This document shows positions 25,716 to 38,607 of a stretch of 64,000 bases of DNA, piece by piece. The stretch covers positions 4,653,376-4,717,375 of the forward strand of contig OZ199839.1 of assembly GCA_964304625.1 (NCBI GenBank). The letters run 5' to 3'. Each line of letters opens with the position of its first letter. The first letter of the stretch is position 1. The translations under genes were made by a program, and so were the position numbers. This DNA comes from Kudoa neothunni. Its lineage: Eukaryota; Animalia; Cnidaria. The notes below the pieces were generated by a model that did not search any database, was not told the origin of the DNA, and saw only the letters and a list, made by a program, of their open reading frames with translations.

Positions 25716-25849
25716 AATAATGCGCTACGAAATAATTAGGATTGATTTTTTAACCATAAATTATCGAGTTTGATTGCAACTTATCGAGCATGATTGCAAA
25801 AGTGTCGAGTTAGATCGAAAAACCCATATTAGATTTGGATTCGGGAATT

Positions 25850-28351
25850 GGGCCGACGATATCGAGGTGAATATGTAAAAACTTCTGGGTTGCGTGGGGG
25901 ATTTGTTCAAATGGTGTTATGACATGTTTCTAGATTTTTGATCTTTGGCATTGTTGGCAATTTTGGATAAAATTGGCTATGTCTTTTTTCCTGTTTTCCC
26001 AAACAAACCGTTCGCATATCAATTTCGTTGTTTTTTTGCGCGAAGGATGCGACACGCCGTGACATTGATTTAGGATCGTTTGTGTCCAATCTCTTGATAC
26101 GATCGGCCGTGGTCTGCCAGTTGAGACGTCACAGATAATATTAATTGGTTAGTGGCCGAACGGGAAGGATTTTATTTTTAGTGATTTAGGATCTTGTTTG
26201 TATCCTTTGATGTTGCCGTCGCGTTTTTGTGAGATTGCGAAACGATGATAATCATGCGGAGAATGGAGGATTGCATTTATGGGGATTCTCGATAAAGCAT
26301 CAGCTGGGACGTTCTTTGCTACGTCGATGTGTTGGATGTCGGTTGTGAATTCGGAAATGTAGGATACTTGCCGTTATTGACGGGAGGACCATAGATCAGT
26401 CTTTTTGGAAAGGATAAATGTGAGTGGTTTGTGATCGGTAAAAACGGTAAATTCCTTGACCTTCTAGGAAATGTCGAAAATGACGAATTGATACATGTAT
26501 GGCTAAAAGCTCCCGATCAAACGTGCTATAACTTTGATAGTTTCTTTCTGAAGAAAGCGCTAGTGGCTCCCGTGTTCCGTTACTTAGTTGTGATAAAGTT
26601 GCTCCTATGGCGATGTTGGAAGCGTCAGTTGTCAGTTTGAGTTTGGCGTTTGGAATTGGGAACGTTAACATGGTGGCATCGCGAAGCTTTGATTTAATTG
26701 ACTCAAACGAGGAACTCATTTCGAGTGTCCAGGTGATGATTTTTTTGCCCGAATTGGTTGCTTCATACAGCGGTCTCAGAACCTCCGATGCGTTCTTGAT
26801 GAATCTGTGATAGAAGTTAATCATCCCTAGGAATCGTGAAAGTTCTTTGTTGGTACCCGGCTGAACGTAATTTTGAATGAATGGCGGTTATTTTGTCGAT
26901 CGTAGGTTTTATTCCGTTGTTTGAAATTGTGTGTCCAAGGAAATTGATTTCGTTCTTACCGAATTCACACTTCTCCATATTGGCTGCTAACCCCAATTTA
27001 TCGAGGCGACTGAGCACCGCGTCAACGTGTTTCTTGTTGTTTTTTTCATCATTACTAGCGATTAGGAGGTCATCGATATACACGAAAACGAAGTCAATGT
27101 CATTGAATATGTGGTCCATCATTCATTGGAAGGTTTAAGCAGCGTTACATAGGCCAAACGGCATTCTAACAAATTCAAACAATCCGAAAGGTGTCTTTAT
27201 GGCTGTTTTGGGAATATCCTCTTCAGTAACTGATATTTGGAGGTATCCTCGAACGAGATCAAGTTTGGAGAAGACATTGCAATTGTGCAAGTGTTGCGAA
27301 AAATCTTGGATGTTCGGTACGGGATATCTGTCTGGAATTGTTACCGTGTTGAATCGACAGTAGTCACCGCATGGGCGCCACTTTCCGTTGGATTTGACTA
27401 CCATATGGAGAGGAGAGGCCCACTCGCACGAAGATCGTCCAATAATACCGAGTTTCTCAAGTTGAAGAAATTCTGCTTTTGCCGCATTAAGTTTTTCGGT
27501 ATTTAGGTGCCGAGGATGAGAATATATTGGCGGGCCGGTCGTTGTCAGGTGAAATTTTATATTCGTATTATAAGCAATGGGATGAGTTGATTGATCATTG
27601 CAGCACTTGTGTTGTAAGGCGATTTGTTTGTAGTTGCTGTAGGACACGGCGTTGATCGGAAAGGATTTTATGCGTGATGGAGACAAGGGAATTTCAATAT
27701 TATTGTTGATAGTACGTCGCTCGTTGCCAAAATCAATAATGGCGTTGAAATTCCGCAAAAAATCGGCACCCAACATGGCGTTGTTAGTAGCGGTCAAATG
27801 AAAATTCCAATTCGTAAGGAAATTGTCGAACTACAGTTGTAAGCATTTAGTACCATAAGATAAGATTGGAGAGTCGTTTGCTGCAGTTAGATGAGTGTTT
27901 GATTTTAAGAATTTTCGTTCGGTAGATGATGCGGGGATGATTGAGCAATCGGCACCGAAGTCGATTAAGATGTTGTTGGCGTGATCGTAAAGATAGAGGA
28001 GTTTATTACGATTGCCGGCCAACAGAGCCTCAATTGTCGGTCGGCGTTTGCTTTTTTTGGAAAAGAGAAAGGTTAACGGCATTTTTTTGCCTGATCACCA
28101 TAGGTGTTATGGTAATAACAATATAGTTCCGATTGTTCAACAGGTTTTTTGGGTAGTCGTTGTTGCCGTATTGCATTAGTGTGGAAGGAGAGTTTGCTAA
28201 ATTTGGATAGCCATAGGCGGGCGGCGAGCGAATCGAATTTCCTCTGGCGGTTGAGAGAGGAAACGGCGATGGAAAAGAAAGCATGGTTGCGAATTACCCA
28301 AATAGGATAACATCTCGTTCATTAATTCCGACGTTTTCCGATCACCTAGGC
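25850..28351 (-). mobile_element. Ty3/Gypsy LTR retrotransposon remnant (gag 3' part, protease, RT, RNase H; no integrase or LTR seen)
   Basis: LGDRKTSELMNEM (gag), LIDFGADCSII (protease), WRPCGDY, FSKLDLVRGY, YIDDLLI (RT), TDASNIAIG, YSTFDRELLA, NVPADALSR (RNase H). Frameshifted. Confidence 0.92.
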
Positions 28352-31100
28352 CAGTGTTTCCCAACCTTTTTTTTGCCTCGCCCCATTTTCCGATAAAAAA
28401 TCGCGGTGCCCCACCCACCACACTAAAATCCATGTAATATTAATGAAAATGTAGCTTTTAAACGGGCTTATGATAGGGTATCAATATGTATATTTGAAAC
28501 GAATAGACTTAAATATTGAGAAAAACGAATACATTTGAATACTATGATATTTTTGAAAAACTTCGATATAATAATTATTTTTCCACAGGATTTAAAGAAG
28601 ACTTCGTTATTTTTACATTTCACTGTTAGAAAATTTTCAAATATATTATTAGATTTTATTAAATATTAAACGTACTTTTAAATAAACTTATAGTAAGTGT
28701 ATTCTTTATCATAAATTTCAAAATGGGTATAAAGAGAAGTATCACAACCACCACTAAACAATACTAATTATACGTTGAGTCATTACGAACTGACTAATAA
28801 AACTATACCTACAGGCAAAATACATAAGACTAAAATATTTATTAAATAATCCCCGAGCCAAAGTTTGAATATGCTTGTTTAATGAGATTCCTGTCCTTGA
28901 CGTAGACGGCACAAGCCCTCTATTCGCGGAGAAAGTTTTGATGACGCCAGACGTAAATCTTCCCTTTTTGTAATATCAAGGCGGTTTCTTCTGGTACTTA
29001 ACAAATTTCCGACTGCACTGAATCCACATTCCACAAGATATGATGAAGGAAAAGGAATTAACATTTCTTTAGCTGCGGAGGATGTAATTGGGTATTTCTT
29101 TTCAACATCCGCTGAAAGCCATATATCTATTCCTTTTGTTCTATATAACGCACCCGTATATTCGTCATGCTGTATTTCAAGCAATTCTTGCTGATATTGA
29201 AACTCAGCCTCGGAAACATCAGTTAATAGCGGCTGAGTTAGCCAGATAGGAAAAATCATTCCTTTTAAATCGAAAAATCTGTTGTTAAAATCCATTATTA
29301 ACATACTTAAATGGGCTGTAATTATTTTTAGGGCATAACAAGATACTACACATTTATTTAATCAACAAAAATGGCTAAAAATACGCTGAGATGCATTTTT
29401 GTAGCAAGGTTCGAGAAACGAAATGAATCCAAAAATTTTCACTTTTGCGTCGACAAGAGTTACATTTGCTCCTTGGAGTTTAGAATTTAAAATGCGAAGT
29501 CTCTCAAAGATGTCGGCTAAATAACTAACAAATGCTTTCCCACCGCTAGTGGTAAGATAGTTCATTTCAGGTTTGCCGTCTAAGAATTCACTTACCTGAT
29601 CAAACAACTCTATGAACCTCTTAAGGCAATTTCCATTCGACAACCACCTAACTTCAGTATATAGCAATAAACGAATGTGATCGGCATTATAATCTTTGCA
29701 AAATTCCTTGAATAATCTTTCAGCTTTGGGATTTGTTTTAATAGAGTTAACACATTTGATCACGTTCTGTAATATTTCATTAAGAGGAGGAGATAATTTG
29801 TTTGCCACTAGATTTTCTCGATGTATTGCGCAATGGACTATTATTAACTTTGGATTTTCATCTTTAAGAAACTTCAGACATCCATTTTTTGTTCCCATCA
29901 TAGCAGGAGCGCATGACAACAAATTGGCAATTGGTATTTTATTTGACACAAAATAATTTTTCACCACAGTATAGATATCTTTTGCTGTTGTCGTTGTATC
30001 CAATGATTGACAAAATAACATTTCTTCACAACATTGTTTTTTGTCAATATATCTTATATAAGCCAGTAGAAGAGCTTGGCTGTCTCGAATTGTGGATTCA
30101 TCCAACTGTATTGAAAACATCTTTGTTTGTAGTTTTTCAATAAGTTGAGCTTCGACGTCTTTAGACATCTCATCAATTCGATCAGAAACTGTATTATTAC
30201 TAAGAGGCAAAGCCTTAACTTCAGTATCAATTTTTTGTTGGACGGTCTTTAAAAAAATTGAAATAGCTGGTTTTATCAAGTTTTCACCAACTGTGTGACT
30301 CTGCGTTTTTTGCAATAAGCAGCGAGATTTCGTGGCTCGTTTCCAAAGTACGCTTATTTAGTCCAAATTGGGAATCAAACATGGATGAAACTTTTTGTCG
30401 ATTTTCAAACTGCTCTTTAAGTGACACAAAATATTTCAACTCTGAACGAACATTATTGGAATTTGTTGCATTTAAATGCGCTTCTAGTCTGCCAGCCTTC
30501 ATGGACTCATTACTCAAGACCTGACGGCATATTAAACAAAAAGGTCTGCTTTCATCAAGGTTATATCGTATAAAACCAAAACTCAAAAATTCTGAAGAAT
30601 AATGGCGGGTTTTCCTCTTTCTATCGTTATCCACTGTAAAAAATAGATTTGAGCTTGGCGAATAAAGAGCAAACAAGTGTTCACGATTCGATGATACATG
30701 AATGTTCAATCGGTAGACACTTGAATAAATCTGAGTCGGTGCAGATTCAACCGAATCGAAATTTTGAAATTCATAATTATCAAATTCTATTTATCTTTAG
30801 TCAAAAGAGGGCCATAATCAATCGTAATATGAGATTCTTTTCGGATTAATATATTTGGCGACACTTTGAGTCTTAATACTCTAATTGAGAACAGAAATAA
30901 TATTTTATTCGATTTATGAACTGAATAATTCAAGTGCTAACGATCATTCGAATAATTACTTATTCAAATTTTAAAAGAAATATACAAGACAGCCACATTA
31001 TAAATATTCTATAAACGCTTGTTTCCCATTAATAATTGCTTCCCCTGGTGGCGTTCATTATGCCTTCAAAATTTTCTGCGCCTCACGTTGGGAAACACTG
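28352..31100 (-). mobile_element. hAT (Buster/ZBED8-SCAND3-like) transposon, frameshifted
   Basis: TIRs cagtgtttcccaacct / acgttgggaaacactg. Motifs PFCLIC..VLSNESMK (BED), FSIQLDEST, HCAIHRENL, TEVRWLS, FPSSYLVECGFS. Confidence 0.95.
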
Positions 31101-31408
31101 GACTAGAGGGTCATATGATGTGGATTCCTCCCCCGTGGAAATTACAAAAGGATGCTTCCCCTTAAGCTTTCCATTCCACTTCAACACTGTCCTCGCCATT
31201 ATCCACATTAATTCTGTGGCTGTTTTGTCATGCGTAGACTTATACAGCGACCATGTACGTGTCCTACACATTGCTAGTATGTGCGGGGCGGTTTCTCAGT
31301 CCTCTTGGCGGAGTCGACACCTTGCTTCATGGTTCTGCTTCGGAAGTCATTACAACGTATAGTCCCATCCTGTGCAGTCACGATGACTGACGGAGCTCAA
31401 AAAACTAA

Positions 31409-34398
31409 CGCGAGGGACGAAAGGGGTGCATTATGCACCCCAGAAAATTTTCATGTTATTACTCTTTATTGATGCAATATACCGTTTAATTTGATTAAAA
31501 TTTATTTAAATATTAAAAAGATCCACCCAGAAGTCAAAATAGTGTAGCTCTATAGAAAAAAACGCATTTAACTAATAAGAACGATCCATTAAAGAAACGA
31601 TGGATCAACGTAGTATTCAAGCGAAACATATTCAATAAAACAATAAAGCTCTCTATAAATTCTTAGAAGATTCAGCATTCGGCTTCAGTGTTTTTCTCAC
31701 ATCGACACCGAGAGTCGAGCCATCCAGGTTTATGCAAACTACCGACTATTCTCGTTAATCCCATATATGGATAATAAGATTAAATTAGCAGGGAATTCTT
31801 TGTCACCTAATAATCATCGTTGCGTTGTAGTTTCCGATTCTATAACTTGGTAAAAACGAAATGTAATATAGATAAATACTGATGATTGAATAGAATAAAT
31901 TAATTTCATGTATAAATATAAATATTAATCTTAATCTTAACGATATGAGTTAAGTATTTTAGGATTTATTTTCACTTGTAGCTTTCAAAATATATTATAT
32001 TATTTATTATTATTAATAGGTTAAGTTGAATTTTCAAAGCAGGACCGAACGCACGAAAATAAATATTCCAATTAAAAAAATTTGTAAGTTAGCTATTACA
32101 ATTTTAATCAAAACATGATATATTCATTGTGTAATTTTCATTATATTCTCGAGGAGATGAATACCATACATACAAGGACTTTTGAATTAAAAAATATTTC
32201 ATAATTTGAAAAATCTGTTAAAATTGAACTACTTTTTGAACATTAGTTTGATTCCATATTACAACTAAGACATTGTATAACTTTTTTTTTAATTCGATGC
32301 GAATGGCACGCTGCCTCCTTGCATGTGTAGCATGAAACTCTGGACTTCCTGTCAATATTCCTTGGACAAAGCGTACATCTTGACTGTACTGGGATTAAAG
32401 TTTCTTCATTAGAAATAGATGTTTGACCGTCCTTGATGTATTTGTCAAATATGTTGAATCCAAATTTAATATGAGAGTGATATGTATGTCCTAAACTTTG
32501 ACGTCTCAAAACATTCGGCTTGATTAATTCAGTTGCCAGCTCCCGAAAAAAATATTGGCGCCGACTTCGATCACTTGATCGCCGGTCTGGGAACCTCGAC
32601 ATCCATATAATATAAGAATTCAATGTTGATATATCAATAAGGTTCATAAACAACCTGAATGGCCATCTTCTTGTTGTCCGAGCACAGCTGTATTGTTGCG
32701 TCATTCGATTGCCATTGTCAACGCCCCCTTTGGTCTGATTATAATTTAGAATAATTTCGGGGCGTTTTCTTTCTGATGGTTCAATCGAACTGTCGTGGAT
32801 TTCAGTCGACAATAGAAAAACATTACGATTTTTCTTGGGAATATATGACACTAATGTCGCGTCTTCAGAGAAGCAAAATCTCGACGATAGCTCATCACGA
32901 TTCGTCATATCTCGAAGAATATCAGGTATATATACGTTGTTTCTTCTCAAAGTTCCAGTAAGTGTAATATTTTTCTGTAGTAAAAATAATGACAGGGAGA
33001 CGGAGGTGAAAAAATTGTCAGTTGTCAATCCTCGCCCAGAACCAAAAAACGGAGTCATGAGGTCTTTGACAACCCTTTCCCCTTGTTTAGTCTCGCGTAC
33101 GTTTCCCATCCTTCCTATGTACGGTTGCACATTCAGCAAATACGAAGTGTCAACATCGGCTGCAACCCAAAGTTTCATACCAAAACGTACGGGTTTATTC
33201 TTTAAGTAGAAGTAGACACGGAATGGACACTTACCTGGAAAACCTACCATTCGTTCATCAATGGTTATATGTAAACCGGGTGAAAAATTTCCCCCAAAAG
33301 ATATATTGATTTCCTCGAAAATCTCACGGATAGGTTCTAATTTGTCATCAAATCGGATAGTCCGATAAATGAGGGTGAATCGGTCCCTCGATATTGCAGC
33401 TGAAAAAAAGACTGTTTAAATCGGGGGTGAGTTTCCCAGAGGAGTTTGAGGGACACTCTAGATCCATTACATCGACCAGGTGCAATCATAACACCAAGAA
33501 AGGTCATTAATTCTTCCATCGTTATTGCATTTGTATGTTAATACTGAGTACTTGATTGCCTGTACTTATTCGTGTAGAATAAAATTTGTTCTAACACAGA
33601 ATCAGAAGAAAACAGCTGGAACGAGGATAAAATTGACGAAATATTTCCTGAATTTCCTATGGGACCAGGCTTATCGATAACATGATTAGATGATTGTGGC
33701 ATCTCGTTCGTTTTCTTGATTTGCGGCCGCATTTCCACTGGAACCTGATTTACTAGTTGTTGCCCCTCGCAATATTTCATCACCGTCGACTTCTGAGTCA
33801 TCTGAAATTCCAGAATATTCAGTAAAACCATCATATGAGGATTCATCAGACCTGCGACCTTCAAATTCTAGGTCACAGTCAGCATATTCATTATTATTAA
33901 AATCTCCGATAAGATCATCTGAACTATTTTCCGATAACATAATTTTATCGAAAAATTAAATATTAACAAATTTTCATGCAAACGTAAATGCACCTGTAGA
34001 TCCCAAATGACAACGTTACCACTCGTGCGTTTTTGAAAATAATCCTATGGTCCATCGGGCTCGGTCGGTATAAGTTATAAATATGATTTGTTAGGTTTTT
34101 AATGTATTTCATTTTAATTTAATTAGTGTTTTATATGTAAAAATAAATTTATACGATGTAGTAACCACCACTTATCATTATTTATAATTTTTGAAGGTAA
34201 AGGATAACCTGCGTCATTTTAACAAGTAATATTAAACCAATTTCTTTAAAATTATCTATTTTAAATTTATAAGATAAAAATATTAATAAAATTGTGGGAT
34301 TTGACAAAATATGAATCAGATTCTTAGCGTGTAAAAGGGAAAATTTTTGACAATAAAAAAATTGGGGTGCATAATGCACCCCCTTCTTCCCAGAATGG
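31409..34398 (-). mobile_element. piggyBac (PGBD4-like) transposon, frameshifted, inside the LINE
   Basis: TIDERMV, TTDNFFTS, KGGVDN and a C-terminal Cys-rich RCTLC...CYTC...C..H. Flanks ctaa (31405) / ttaa (34399). The palindrome ggggtgca(tta/taa)tgcacccc lies near both ends (31423-31441, 34364-34382). Confidence 0.92.
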
Positions 34399-34589
34399 TT
34401 AATATCCACCAGTTGTAGATTATGTATTTTCTTTTGGCCAAGGTTTTCTAACAGCCGATTTCTCAGTTGTTCTTTGATCTGTATTTTGGTAAGAGTTTAC
34501 CTGTTGCGGTTGCTCCCAGCAATCTCTTTCCACCGATCAAGTCTATCTTTCTTACCCCCCTCCCTCAGTGCACCACCTATTGTTATGTA

Positions 34590-36605
34590 CAGTTGAGATT
34601 GGATACTGCGTAATTCCAAAATTTCGAAGTGATTCTTTTTAGAGAGAAAATTAATTTTTTGCATTGTTATTATTTTATCATTTTGTAAACATCGTTAACA
34701 TTAAAAAATAAGAAAATTTATTACTTATATATAAAGTCTCGTTATTGCGAGGAAACTTTTTATTGCGTGGTTAATAGACACGTCGCGATTCGTTATTGCG
34801 TGGTTTTAGTAACCCATCTATTTAAAAATAGAAGTGTTTTCTTCATTATTTCCCGTTAAAAACGTAATAATTAAGAGAAGAGAGAAATCTTTGATTATTG
34901 TAATTCGATAAAAATATTGACAGTTGTGAGAAAATGACAATTTCTAAGTTTGAGTTGAATGATGTGGTGATCTATTTTGAATATTAATACATTGTCACGT
35001 TTAAGGTCATTTAAAAATTGATAGAATTTGTTCACACGAAGATAGATTCAACATTATGGATATTGAAACTAAAAGGAGGGCACATTTTTCGGGAAAATTA
35101 AAAATATAGATGTGAGCAGTATGATTGGATGGTTAAACAATGATCGAATGATAATGTTCTGCTGAGATGTGTTTTTATCGAAATTGCTTTATATATTGCA
35201 AATAAACAAGAAATTTCCAATTTAAAGTCTAGTTAAGGGTGTTTTTCAGATTCCACATCAAAATATGGGATAGCTTTCAAAATGTTTCATGGTGAGGCTG
35301 CGAATACAGATATTCCGTCTATTGACTCATGGGTTGTTGAAAGCATTGATTTGGTTAAAGCATATGGTACTAAAGACGTTATAAACATTGATGAAACTTC
35401 CCTTCTTTTGTGAGCAGTTAAAAAACGTTAGTTATGTCTTAAAGGATGAAGTCGGAATATACGGGATAAAATATCAAAAAAAAATGGATGTTTTACTGTC
35501 ACTTTTATTAAATAGGGGTAAACTCCCATCTGTTTTAATTGGTAAATTTCAAAATCCTGGGTGTTTTAACTGATTTAAACATCTATAGCGTGAATATTAT
35601 TCAAAAAAACACACAGATGATGTGTAGTAGATTTATAAACATAATTAGAAAGTTGAACCAAAGAATGATAGATGAGAACAGAAAAGTTTTAATTTTGTTG
35701 GTCAATATCCTCTGGATCCCCAAAATATTGATTTTGTTTAAATATCGAAATTGTTTTCCTATCAATAAAAAACAAATAATATTCTACAAACCATAATTTA
35801 AGCATCATCAAATGCATTAAAAAGTAAGGCAGAAATACACTGGCTAAGCACACGGTTTATGTGGAGGTTTTATCATCGAAAAATAAACATTATTAAACTC
35901 AATCGTGCCATTAATTGAACTGTGGGATAGTATTACGCCAGAAATTATATTTAATTGTTTTAAAAATCAAAAATTCTTGGTATATAATATATAAAAATGT
36001 AATAACAAAATTGAATCATTTTATAGAACAAGAAGAGTTAAGAAATATATCCCAAGCCAGAAACAGTTCACAAAGTAATATTTTATCAATACATAATTAA
36101 TCGTATTAAATGAATTTGAAGTTTACGAAAATATATTTGACGATGATAATGCTGCAACATGTGAGAATCAAAATCATGCGGATTTATTGCCCACAATGGT
36201 TAATCTGATGATATCGAACCAATTATTAGAGAAGTCGAAAGTTTAATAAAATAAATAAAAAATATGGTTAACATTTTAATGAAAGTTTTAATTCAAGAGG
36301 ATCCATCAATATTGTTTGATTAATATCCCACAACGGACAGAATTTAAAAAATATCAATAGAAAAATTTCGACATACAAAAATCACAAGATTTTTTGACAA
36401 AATTTAATAACTCATCCTTAATTAAACTCTATGTTATCTTTATTTTAATAAAGTTTGTTTGTAGGAATAATCATCAAACGTAAGCACAAGAAAATCGTAT
36501 TTTATAGTGTAATGCGCGCGCATGAAACTGGATATTGCGTAAAAACTTTTTATTGTGTGGGTTTTTGGGGCCAGCAAAAACCCACACAATATCCAATCTC
36601 GACTG
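34590..36605 (+). mobile_element. Tigger/pogo transposon, strongly decayed, inside the LINE
   Basis: TA TSD. TIRs cagttgagattggatactgcg / cacaatatccaatctcgactg. Remnants FHGEAA, INIDET, LIGKFQNP.CF. Confidence 0.88.
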
Positions 36606-36748
36606 TACTAGCATAGGGTATAAAGTATCCCTAACAAATAGGTCTGTGCTGTCCTAGACATGGTACACAATTGACGCCTTAGTCATTTGTTGTACCATAG
36701 AGTAATCATCGATTCCGAGGCCGCCATCGTCGTTCGACAGTGACATCC

Positions 36749-37801
36749 GGCTAAAGTACGGTATAGTGGATAACCTTCGGGGGTTTTCGCTGTAGCATCG
36801 GCAAAAATATAAACATAATTGAAAACGACAATAAACAATTCTAATGTTGGTAAATTTTGTTTATAGTTTCTATATACGACAAAAACCGATTGTTTTTAAA
36901 TTCTTTTTTAAATTGGTAGTCTGTCAAATAAGAACCTATTAATTCGGATTTCTTATTGGTTATATGGCGAAATTTTCGTTTAATTGCGCCCCAAATGGCT
37001 TCAATTTTATTAGTGTGAACACCATCGCCAGTTTTAAATTGAGTGCTATGGTTAACATATTCGTGCTTATAACCGAGAGATTCAAGTGAATTATAACCAC
37101 GCCACTTATCTGCCCATATTACGGAACCGCGGGCCACATAAACGGTAATAATCTTTTCAAGAGTTGGCTGATCTCTCACTTCGGTCAAAACTTGGAAAAT
37201 ATTAGTATTCTCATCAACCTCACCAACAATCCAAACATTCTGGTTGACGAGAACCCTTCCCCGATGATACTTTCTTTTACAGATGTTGGATTCATCGATC
37301 TGCACAATGACATCCACTCCTCCGATTCGAATCCTGTATAAATTGAAATATTCTACATAGATTTCTCTAATGTAGTTTTTCCAATTAACTATCGTTTCTT
37401 TGGAACCGATTTTTAGCTGCCTCATTAGCACACTATATGACATTTGAATGTCAAAAACATCCGGATACATTAACAAAAATATTTGCCATAGGAGCAGTTT
37501 GGAACCTCCGAAAAATGCTCCTTTACGTAGGCTTATTTTTCCCCGACATTTATTACAACGGAACCCATAACCATCAACCATAGTATCTTTTTTCAGGCCC
37601 ATCACTGAATTGCATTTTTCGCAAGTTCTCTCTTTTGGTAGCAACCCTAAGTCTTGCATACAATAAATGAATTTGTCATTATCTCTCTTGAGAACATATA
37701 AATCTTCTAAAAGCATTGAATCAATGTTAAGAGTCGAAAATCCATTTCTATCGCGCGCGAACGAAAATACCGAAGGTTACACACCATACCGTACTTTAGC
37801 C
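36749..37801 (-). mobile_element. Merlin (IS1595/ISXO2-like) transposon inside the LINE, near-intact 291-aa ORF 36841-37716
   Basis: TIRs ggctaaagtacggtat..., perfect 9-bp TSD gtgacatcc (36740-36748, 37802-37810). Zn ribbon, VQIDES, IWADKWRGY, HTNKIEAIW. Confidence 0.96.
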
Positions 37802-38607
37802 GTGACATCCTCTCAATAGCTTGTGTACAACTCCAAGCACCGGTACGTTTGAGGATTTTTCTTAGCTTTACGCCGAAGTTATGGGTTCTTGTCTTGGACA
37901 TGTTGACAAATTGCACTAAGTATCACAGCTTCGATGAGAGTACTTGGTTCTGGGCTCGAATCTTCCTTTTTACGTCTAGCGGAGACCGCTAGGTCGCTTT
38001 AGAGATGCGTAAGAAGTCCTTTTCAATGATTTTTGCCCATTGTTCCTCGGCTATTTTCACATTCTCTGGCGCCCCAAGGTATTTATACGATAATATCGTG
38101 TCACCTACCACACATCCCCTGTACCGATTCTCCATTATGAGATGATGTCTCCTCGTGTATAGAAGCGATTGCGCACTTCTTAACGTTGAGGTTCATACCA
38201 AACGACTTAACGACCTTGCCAACTTTCCCCAAAGTCTTATGGAGCGCCCCGATTGACTTCGCGTAAATCTTGAGGTCATAAACGTAGAAAGGTGGCTAAC
38301 CACTTTTCCCTGGTTCGTTTTGTACCCCATATCGAGGTCGTTGATCACTTTTGAGAGAGGTGCAACTATCCAGCAGAAGAGAACGGGTGATAATGCATCG
38401 CCTTGTAAAAGACCACGTCGATATTTGATAAAGCTTGACTCCGATGGTACTATCGGACCCCTCCCCACTTGGATCCGGGTGCCCAAATTCTCCATCAAGG
38501 AGAGGATGGTGCGCCCCACCCACGATGGTAGAGGACTCACCTCCAGCAGTTTCCTTAATACAGTGTGTGGCACCGTATAGAAGGCCTTACTAAAACCGAG
38601 CCCACAA

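Larger units (their letters stand above)
7300..25720. other. Ancient near-complete NUMT (mitochondrial genome fossil), interrupted by TEs and partly duplicated
   Basis: Collinear series of decayed mitochondrial gene motifs (listed individually below) with TGA at conserved Trp positions, many stops and frameshifts, flanked by nuclear intron-containing genes. Confidence 0.85.

Noticed and set aside
7300-25720. Functional mtDNA, or RNA-edited cryptogenes
   Set aside because: Lesions include all substitution types, multi-codon deletions, a microsatellite and nuclear TE insertions, which fits neutral decay rather than a systematic editing pattern. RNA-seq would be needed to exclude editing formally.
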